The translations under genes were made by a program, and so were the position numbers. The notes beneath the pieces were generated by a model. That model was not told the origin of the DNA. It did not search any database and saw nothing but the letters and a program-made list of their open reading frames with translations. Below are positions 36,215 to 44,721 of a DNA stretch of 64,000 nt, one piece after another. This DNA comes from Bacteroidota bacterium (lineage in GTDB: Bacteria; Bacteroidota; Bacteroidia; Bacteroidales; GCA-2748055): assembly GCA_039714655.1 (NCBI GenBank), contig JBDLIX010000005.1, forward strand, positions 16,509 to 80,508. The letters are read 5' to 3'. Positions within the stretch are counted from its first letter, which is position 1, and each line of letters begins with the position of its first letter.

Positions 36215-39200
36215 ACATTTCCTCATACAACGGAAGGTCCTCATCTCTATGCTGTTTATTGCAGCAACCATGTTGGGGTATATCTCCTGGAAGCAGTTGA
36301 AAATGGAGATATTTCCCAATGCTGAGCTACCCATGCTCTATATACAGGTCAGCTCCCGGATCGATGTCACCCCTGAATATATGGAACAGGAGGCGATTAT
36401 ACCTGTGGAGAGCATGGTGGCTGGTCTTGAGAACATAGAGAAAATTGAATCCACGGCTGGCAGACGGCAGGGGTCGGTCCTGATCTCCTACGAGGAGCGG
36501 ACCGATCTGAAATATGCCTATTTGAAACTGGATGAACAGATTTCGGCTCTCAGAGGGTCTCTGACCGATGATTTTACCCTTCAGGTGGTTAAGATTGACC
36601 TGGAGTCCATAGACAACACCCTGATGAGTCTTCAGGCCCGGGGATCCGGAGGTATCGACCGGGTGCGGAACTATGTGGATCAGCACATTGTTCCAGAATT
36701 GGAAAATATCGAGGGGGTGGCAACTGTGAATGTATTCGGTGGCCGTCAAAAATCTGTGGATATTATCCTTGACAGGGCAGCTTGCGACGCTTACAATATT
36801 GCACCCACCAGGGTAAGATCGATCCTCTCATCCAACATGAACCTTCGTCAGTACGGAGGAGTGGTCAGGGAGGAGGGCAGAAGGTACTTTATTTACCTCA
36901 ATGCGGAATATGAGGAGATCTCCCAGATCGAGGAGCTGGTGGTGGGTAGAGGAAGAGATCCGGTGAAGCTCAAGGATATTGCTGAAATCTTCTACGGTGA
37001 AAAGGAGGAAGAGACCATTAGCCGGGTCAATGGAAAGGATGCGGTTTCCCTGCAACTGGTCAATGATGCCCAGGCCAATATCATTGAGCTTTCACATAGT
37101 GTTCAGGAGCGGTTGAAGCAGTTGAACAGGGAGGGAAGAGCCTTTGATATTGAGGTGATGATCCAGGAGAACTCGGCGGAACTCATGGAAGATAACATCA
37201 ACCAGATCATTCGCCTGGCCCTGACCGGTGCACTGCTGGCCATTTTCGTGCTCTGGGTGTTCCTGCGCAACGTGAAACTGGTCATCATTGTGGCCATGGC
37301 CATGCCCATATCCATTTTTACTGCATTCAATTTCTTCTTCGCTTTTGATATCTCCATCAATAGCTTAACACTCATTGGAATTGCGCTTGCAGTGGGTATG
37401 TTATTGGATACATCGGTGGTGGTCCTTGAAAACATTTACCGCCTCCGTACCCTTGGGTACAAACCTGCTGAAGCTGTCATTCAGGGCACCGGCGAGGTAT
37501 GGCGTTCCATAGTAGCGGCAACAGGTACCACCATTGCGGTATTTATTCCATTTATATTCTCGTCCGATTTCTTAATACAACTCCTGGGAAGACATATAGG
37601 AGTTTCCATCATCTCAACCCTGGTTGTCTCTCTTTTTATTTCGCTGCTTCTGATACCAATGGCAGTGCATCTTATTCTCTCCCGGAGTGACAGGAGCAAA
37701 AGAGAAGTATACCAGAAAGTATCGCTCAACAATCGGCTTGTCAGGATCTACCTGTCACTGCTGAAAACAGCTTTAAGGAATCCTGCACCCACAATCATCG
37801 GGGTACTTGCCCTCTTTTTTGTCACCATCATTACGACCTTATCAGTTTCGGTAAATCAGCTTTCGGAATTGGAAACCGATCAGGTGGTCCTCTATGTGAC
37901 CATGCCCACCGGGACTACCCTGGAAACAACAGACCAGCTGGTTGCAGGAATGGAAGAAACACTTTTAAGCATCGGGGAGAAGAAGGAGGTAATCTCAAGG
38001 ATCGAAGAGGAGGAGGCGACAGTCACCATATTATTACAGGATGATTACCGGAAGATCAACAACCGCTCTTTTGGTGAGATCCAGTCGGAAGCATATGAAT
38101 TGGTAAAAGAGATGCCTGCCTCAGATATCACTCTCACTGCTCCCACAACAGGGATGAGCGGCAATCGTGGAAATGGAGGAGGAGGAGGAGGAGGCAACAA
38201 CCAGGCGGGTGCTGCAGGTTTTCAGCAATTATTGGGAATCGGGGAGGATGAGGAGTATATCGTGATGAAGGGACAGGATTTCAGGTTGTTGGTGGAGGTG
38301 GCTGAAAATGTTCAATCTTACCTGGAGGAGCTTGATAATATCAGTTCGGTAAGGCTCTCTGTCAGGGAGAACCAACCGGAGGTGCATATTGATTTCAATA
38401 CATTGTTAATGAGTCAGTACGGAGTCACCCAGAACCAGGTAATGGGAGAATTGAACAGCTTTCAGAATGAGATTAGCTCAGGGGTCAACTTCAGTCAGAA
38501 AAATGAGGAGTATGAGATTCTGATCAAATATAATGATGCAGTGGAAGGAGAAGATGCTGAGGAAAAATCAATGAAGGATCTGGAATCGCTTCATATCCCT
38601 GATAGTGATGATGAGAATCTTTTCGAACTTCAAACGATTGCAGAGCTGTTTTACGCCAGTGGATTACGTGATATTTCCAGGGTTAATCAGGAGAAGCAGG
38701 TTGAGTTACGCTACCAGTACAATGAAGATGTGTACGACTCCAATGATCTCCTGGAATTTGCACGGAGTGAGATCGAAGATGTGATTGCAAATGCGAATAT
38801 TCCCTCTGGTGTAGCTGTGGAGCTGGTCCAGGAAGATTCTGGTTTGGATGAGTTCAAATATATGTTTCTTATAGCATTTATCCTTGTATATATGATTCTT
38901 GCTGCCATATTTGAATCCTTTGTTACACCTTTTGTACTGCTCTTTTCCATCCCCCTTGCAGCCATCGGATCTTTCTTCCTGCTCTCCATCACCGGTGAGT
39001 CCCTGTTTAATGCCAATACCATTATGGGATTTCTCATTCTGCTGGGCGTGGTGGTGAACAATGGGATCATACTCCTGGACTTTATCAATGTGTTGCGCCA
39101 GAAGGGGTACCGAAAAACAAGGGCCATATTACTGGGTGGTTTATCTAGGGTTCGTCCCATTTTAATTACAGCAGTTACCACCTGCGCCGCCATGCTTCCT

Positions 39201-40931
39201 CTGGCCATGGGAAATGCCGAATATGTCAAAGCGATCGGTCCACCCTTTGCCATCACAGTTATTGGTGGATTGAGCCTGAGCACCCTGCTTACACTTGTTT
39301 ATATCCCCATGCTCTATAGCGGGATTGAACAAGCCCTCTCCTGGATCAGGAGTCTGAACCTGTTTGTGAAGCTAGTGTTGCTTTTGTTGGAACTGACAGG
39401 AATGATTATGGTCATCCTGTACATCCAATCGTTTATCTGGCAGATGGCTGGCGGATTGGTGGTGCTGGTTGGAATTCCTGTCACATACTGGTTTGTTTCA
39501 AGTAGTCTGCGAAAGGCCAAAACAAGCATTATTTCTGCAGATGATTCCATTCATATTGAAGTATCGAACCTGGTTAAGATCTATGGAAGAGAGCCTAAAG
39601 CCATAAGAGATTTCAAGGCTGGAAATCGCATGGCGAGAAGTGTTCAAGTCCTCGAAAAAGCGTTAAAACCCAGGTTGGATGCACTGGTCTGGCAACTGCC
39701 GCTGATGGGTTTTCTGGCCTATTTTACATGGTTCTACCTGGTAAGCGGATTCTGGCAACTGGTATCATCGGTAATATTATATTACTATGTGATCCATATC
39801 ATCAACGATTTTGTCACCCTGCGAAATAGCAGGGGATTAAGGCTCCTGGTTGAGATCTTCCGGTATGCAGCTCCACTGCTGGTATTATTCTTCTATCAGA
39901 CGAGGTGGACAAACCTGGCAATAACATTGCTTGCCGGCGGATTATGGCTCCTGATTATTGCCATAGGACGTGTAGCCATTTTGATAAAAAGGGAACAGTT
40001 TGAGATCAAGGAAATTCGCCCTCTCTACCGCTGGTTTGTCTGGTTTGTAAGAATAGTGCCCGGAATTGGTCAACGGGTAGAACAGTTCAAAGCCCTAAAG
40101 GGCGTTTCCCTTCAAATTGGAACAGGGATGTTTGGTTTACTGGGGCCCAATGGGGCCGGTAAGTCCACAATGATCCGTATTATCTGCGGTATTCTGGAAC
40201 AGAGTTATGGCAAGATATGGATCAACGGGATTGATACCCAGGAGAAGAGGGAAGAGTTACAGGGGCTCATCGGATACCTTCCCCAGGAATTTGGCATGTA
40301 TGAAAACATGTCATCTTACGCTTACCTGGACTATCAGGCCATGTTAAAAGGAATCACCGATCCAGTGAAGCGTAGAAAGAGGATCAGGGAGGTACTGGAT
40401 TCGGTCCACATGTGGGAACATCGCAACAAGAAGATTGGTTCCTATTCCGGCGGAATGAAACAACGAATCGGGATTGCGCAGGTATTGTTGCATCTACCGC
40501 GCATCCTGGTGGTGGATGAGCCTACAGCCGGACTTGATCCCCGGGAACGGATACGTTTCAGGAACCTTCTGGTTGAGCTTAGCCGCAGCCGGGTGGTGAT
40601 CTTCTCCACACATATTATCGAGGACATTTCCAGCTCATGCAATACCATGGCGGTAATCAACAGGGGAGAGGTTCTCTTTAACGGCACACCCAGAGAGATG
40701 ACAGAAATAGCCCGGGGCAGGGTTTGGAAATCCACCCTTCCGGCAGCAGATTTTGAGGAGGCGACAAAAGAGTTGCTTGTGGTCCATCACATGCGTGACG
40801 GAAACAACATCAGGGTACGTTGTATCTCTGCTGATAAGCCATTCGCCGATTCAGTGGAGGAGCATCCATTGCTTGAGGATGCTTACCTCTGGTTACTACG
40901 CTCAGATAAAGAGAAGATTGCCAATCACTAA
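36207..40931 (+). CDS. fusion protein: complete RND efflux permease (paralogue 2) + 2-TM linker + ABC ATP-binding domain interrupted by a roughly 4-TM insertion
   Basis: The GTG start overlaps paralogue 1 by 8 nt. One uninterrupted 1574-codon frame. RND part to about aa 1040 ([38 protein letters not shown]). NBD beta1 [13 protein letters not shown] at 39549. Hydrophobic insertion about 39693..39990. [28 protein letters not shown] from 40086. Also [20 protein letters not shown] and FSTHII. Confidence 0.85.
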   Translation: [1574 protein letters not shown]

Positions 40932-40935
40932 AACT

Positions 40936-41649
40936 ATGTCAGGCTTTAACTCCATATTGCGAAATTTTTACGACCTCTCAAGGTACAACATGAAGATTAT
41001 CTTCGGGGGCAAGTTTATCTATTTTATCCTGGCAGCATTCTTATTCTTCCTTGTATTCGGAACTATTATTGCCCTGGACAGCAATGTAATTTGGACCGCT
41101 GAGATTTACGGACTAGTTGCATTCCCCGCCATTCTTTTGGCCTTTTATCCCTCTGTATTCGGGATTCAGAGTGATGCCGATCAGCGCACCCTGGAGATTA
41201 TTTTTGGCATACCTGATTACCGTTACAAAGTATGGCTTGTCCGGTACTTAATGATTCTATTGATTGTTTTTCTACTGTTATTCCCATTTGCAGCCATTGC
41301 ATATTATTCCCTGATCAGTTTCCCGTTTATGAAGATGGTTCTTCACCTGATGGTTCTGGTACTATTCACCTCTTCCTTGGGATTCTGCCTGTCAACTCTG
41401 TTGAAAAACGGTAATGCCACAGCAGTGATAATGGTCATATTTGGTCTGGTGTTTCTGATCTTAGCTGATGAGCTGTACACATCCAAGTGGAATGTTTTTT
41501 TAAATCCGTTTCCAAACTTAGAAAATATCAATGCCATTGTGTGGCAGGAGACCCTCCGGCAGAACCGCATCATTATGGGCATCGTCAGCGTGCTCCTTCT
41601 CCTGCTGGGGCTGCTGAACCTGCAGCAGAGAGAGAAGTTCCTGAGGTAG
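40936..41649 (+). CDS. ABC-2-type transporter permease-like membrane protein
   Basis: 237 aa with about six hydrophobic helices. The ATG lies 4 nt after the stop of the fusion gene. The 5' part of the listed ORF (40753..) overlaps the preceding CDS and was rejected. Confidence 0.7.
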   Translation: MSGFNSILRNFYDLSRYNMKIIFGGKFIYFILAAFLFFLVFGTIIALDSNVIWTAEIYGLVAFPAILLAFYPSVFGIQSDADQRTLEIIFGIPDYRYKVWLVRYLMILLIVFLLLFPFAAIAYYSLISFPFMKMVLHLMVLVLFTSSLGFCLSTLLKNGNATAVIMVIFGLVFLILADELYTSKWNVFLNPFPNLENINAIVWQETLRQNRIIMGIVSVLLLLLGLLNLQQREKFLR

Positions 41650-41710
41650 CTCAGGGTACAAATATTTGTCTTACTTTTATTATATTCATAAACGATCTAA
41701 AACTGCCGCT

Positions 41711-42802
41711 ATGAACCGAAAGAAAGCAAATTTAATCCTTATGCTCCTGTTGCTTTTTTCAATAGCAAGGGGAGGAGATCATGATCCACCTGAGGTCATT
41801 GGTCTCTGTATTGCAGCACCCGGACCTGACCGTCTGGAACAATTCCTCTCATTTATGGAAAATGACCTTGCTCCCGGAGGCGTCAATACCCTGGTATTAA
41901 GGATTGATTTTAACTATGAATTTAAATCCTATCCCAACCTGCGGAGTGAAGGTGCACTCACAAAAAAACAGGTGAAACAGCTGGTAAACAAAGCCCGGAA
42001 ACATGGTATTCAGCTCATTCCGCAGATCAATCTCCTTGGGCATCAATCCTGGCATACAGAACTTTCCAACCTGCTGAAAGAGTATCCCGAATTTGACGAG
42101 AATCCATCGGTAAAGTTGCCTGAAAAATATGAATGGCCCAATGAAGATGGTTTGTACTGCAAAAGCTACTGTCCTTTACATCCGGAGGTACATAAAGTGG
42201 TATTTGCACTGGTGGATGAGATCATGGAGGTGTTTGAAGCCAATGCCTTCCATGCCGGTATGGATGAGGTATTTTACATAGGAGAGGATGAATGTCCCCG
42301 TTGCAGTGGAGTAGATAAAGCTGAACTATTTGCAGGAGAAGTAAACCTGGTACGTGATCACCTGGCCGCAAATGGTCAGGAGCTTTGGATCTGGGGAGAC
42401 AGGCTTCTTGATGGGAAAACCTCCGGGCTGGGCATGTGGGAAGCCAGTGAAAATAACACCCACCCGGCCATAGATATGATTTCCAAAGAGGTAGTCATCT
42501 GCGATTGGCATTATGAAAGGGCCGATCCAACAGCAGCAGTTTTTGCCCTGAAAGGATTTCGCGTAATCACATGCCCCTGGCGCAATCCGGAGGTTACCAG
42601 GGAGCAGCTGGTGATGATGGAGTCCTTTCGATCCAACAGTGTCGACATTGTAAAGGAGCGCTATGCCGGGTTTATGCAGACCGTGTGGAGTCCGGCAGGC
42701 ACTTTCATGGACCAGTTCTATGCGGAGGACCCCGATGAGGTCACCAAAGGTCAGGTGGGAAGTCTTCACCAGATCATTCAATTCTACAACCCTTCTGAAT
42801 GA
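41711..42802 (+). CDS. GH20-like (beta-N-acetylhexosaminidase catalytic-domain-like) secreted protein
   Basis: Signal peptide. GIQLIPQINLLGHQSW and FHAGMDEVF resemble the GH20 (I/V)PE(I)D.PGH and H.GGDE segments. Confidence 0.5.
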   Translation: MNRKKANLILMLLLLFSIARGGDHDPPEVIGLCIAAPGPDRLEQFLSFMENDLAPGGVNTLVLRIDFNYEFKSYPNLRSEGALTKKQVKQLVNKARKHGIQLIPQINLLGHQSWHTELSNLLKEYPEFDENPSVKLPEKYEWPNEDGLYCKSYCPLHPEVHKVVFALVDEIMEVFEANAFHAGMDEVFYIGEDECPRCSGVDKAELFAGEVNLVRDHLAANGQELWIWGDRLLDGKTSGLGMWEASENNTHPAIDMISKEVVICDWHYERADPTAAVFALKGFRVITCPWRNPEVTREQLVMMESFRSNSVDIVKERYAGFMQTVWSPAGTFMDQFYAEDPDEVTKGQVGSLHQIIQFYNPSE

Positions 42803-43968
42803 GTTCAATCCGCCTGAAGTCCATTGACATATTAAGGGCACTCACCATGCTCCTGATGATTTTTGTAAACGATCTCTGGACACTCTCTAATATACCTGAA
42901 TGGCTGGGGCATAAAGCAGCACATGAGGATGGGATGGGACTGGCAGATGTGGTATTCCCTGCTTTCCTGTTTATTGTGGGGCTCTCCATTCCCCACGCCA
43001 TCCGCTCCAGGTTCAACAAAGGGGAGAGAAAAGTCCAGGTTCTGAGACACATTATTGAACGCTCTCTGGCACTTCTGATCATGGGGGTATTTATGGTGAA
43101 TCTGGAAAATATTGATGCCGGAAAACTCCTGTTCAGTAAATATATCTGGCAGATCCTGATGACCCTCGCCTTTTTTCTGATCTGGAATGTATACCGGGAT
43201 AAGGTATTTGGAAAAATTCCACCCCAGGTAATGAAAATAACCGGATGGATGATCTTGATTTTCCTGGCGGCTGTTTATGTTGGACCAGGTGAAGGAAGCT
43301 ACCACTGGATGCAGCTTCACTGGTGGGGCATATTGGGACTTATCGGATGGGGATACTTGTTGAGTGCATTGGTCTACCTGGGACTGGGCAACCGACCGGG
43401 ATGGATTGCACTTATATGTGCAATGCTCTTCCTGATGAATGTCAATGAGTTTACTACACCATTTAATTTCAGTTTCAAACTGGTGGTGAGCGCTTCCAAC
43501 TATGCCAGTGTCATGTGTGGCGTTCTGGCCACCTCGATCATGATCAGGCTTAGGGAAAAGGAGGGGATACAATACCTGGTGCCGGCATTGCTTGGTTTGG
43601 CAACAATCCTCATGCTGTTCGGGTACATGACCAGGCCCGCCTGGGGAATCTCCAAAATAATGGCCACTCCTTCCTGGACCGCCATCTGTGCCGGAATCAC
43701 CTCACTCTCCTTTGCTGTGCTATACCTGCTTTCCGATAAACTTGGAATAACCCGCTGGGCTGATCTGATCGCACCTGCCGGCTACAGCACCCTCACCTGC
43801 TACCTGGTCCCGTATTATGTCTATGCACTTGTTGCAATGACGGGCCTCGCCCTGCCGGAGATACTCACCACAGGAGGGGTTGGGATTGTGAAATCAATCC
43901 TGTTTTCCATCCTGATTGTCCAATTGACAGGAGTGCTTGGTAAGATCAACATCCGGCTGAAGATCTGA
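42799..43968 (+). CDS. DUF5009 / heparan-alpha-glucosaminide N-acetyltransferase-like membrane protein
   Basis: RLKSIDILRALTMLLMIFVNDLW start typical of this family. About 10-11 TM helices. 4-nt ATGA overlap with the preceding gene. Confidence 0.7.
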   Translation: MSSIRLKSIDILRALTMLLMIFVNDLWTLSNIPEWLGHKAAHEDGMGLADVVFPAFLFIVGLSIPHAIRSRFNKGERKVQVLRHIIERSLALLIMGVFMVNLENIDAGKLLFSKYIWQILMTLAFFLIWNVYRDKVFGKIPPQVMKITGWMILIFLAAVYVGPGEGSYHWMQLHWWGILGLIGWGYLLSALVYLGLGNRPGWIALICAMLFLMNVNEFTTPFNFSFKLVVSASNYASVMCGVLATSIMIRLREKEGIQYLVPALLGLATILMLFGYMTRPAWGISKIMATPSWTAICAGITSLSFAVLYLLSDKLGITRWADLIAPAGYSTLTCYLVPYYVYALVAMTGLALPEILTTGGVGIVKSILFSILIVQLTGVLGKINIRLKI

Positions 43969-44040
43969 CTGGATTTTCTTTCGGAATAGCTGTAACTTTA
44001 TTTGATTATTTTTATAAAACCTTAAACCGGAAATCCATTC

Positions 44041-44709
44041 ATGCGTTTTTCTCTCCAGCCAGAGCAGCGTCCCGAACAGAAGATGCGAACGATAAGTATC
44101 GATGAGGTACTTTCGCTTGGTGAAAAACTGCCGGGGGAGCGGCCACAGCTGGAACACTACTTTTCACCCACAAAGAGAGAGGCATTCATCAAGGATTACC
44201 TCCACTACCTGAACAGTGGCCTGCTTGATGCAAAACATGGGAATCTGGATATGGACCTCTACCTTGTTTTTGTGCTTTCGTTTCAATTTACTGCACCGCT
44301 GCTTGAGATTCCGGCAGAAAAGGAATTGGGATTGTTTTACAGGTTGCTTCAAAAAACTTATCAGGTTGAAGAGATCGACATGAACCTCAATTTCAGCATT
44401 GAGGCCCATAAAAATGGAATGGTAAGTGAACAGGAAGCCATCAATACATACCGGGACGAACTGGAAGATACGTATAACGGAATCAGGGAAGTGACAGAGA
44501 GTGTACAGAAACGTTTGAAAAAGGATGCCATCGAAGCCATTATGAAATGGCAGAGAGAGAAGAACATTCCTGCGTTGGCTGAAGCATTCGGACGATCCAT
44601 TGTAATTCCTTCGTTCTTCTCCTTTATGGATAAGAGAATGCTCAGTTTTTACAGGGGTACCACCCGTGGGATTTCCTACCGTGTGGCAGTTCCTGAAGTA
44701 CTTGAATAA
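44041..44709 (+). CDS. hypothetical protein (cytoplasmic, helical), no family recognised
   Basis: ORF with coding-like composition. The true start may be ATG 44083 (MRTISIDEV). Confidence 0.45.
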   Translation: MRFSLQPEQRPEQKMRTISIDEVLSLGEKLPGERPQLEHYFSPTKREAFIKDYLHYLNSGLLDAKHGNLDMDLYLVFVLSFQFTAPLLEIPAEKELGLFYRLLQKTYQVEEIDMNLNFSIEAHKNGMVSEQEAINTYRDELEDTYNGIREVTESVQKRLKKDAIEAIMKWQREKNIPALAEAFGRSIVIPSFFSFMDKRMLSFYRGTTRGISYRVAVPEVLE

Positions 44710-44721
44710 AAGTCTGTTTCT

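Noticed and set aside
40753-40935. 5' extension of the small ABC-2 permease ORF.
   Set aside because: It lies entirely inside the 3' end of the RND::ABC fusion CDS in another frame. The hydrophobic protein begins at ATG 40936, 4 nt after that stop.
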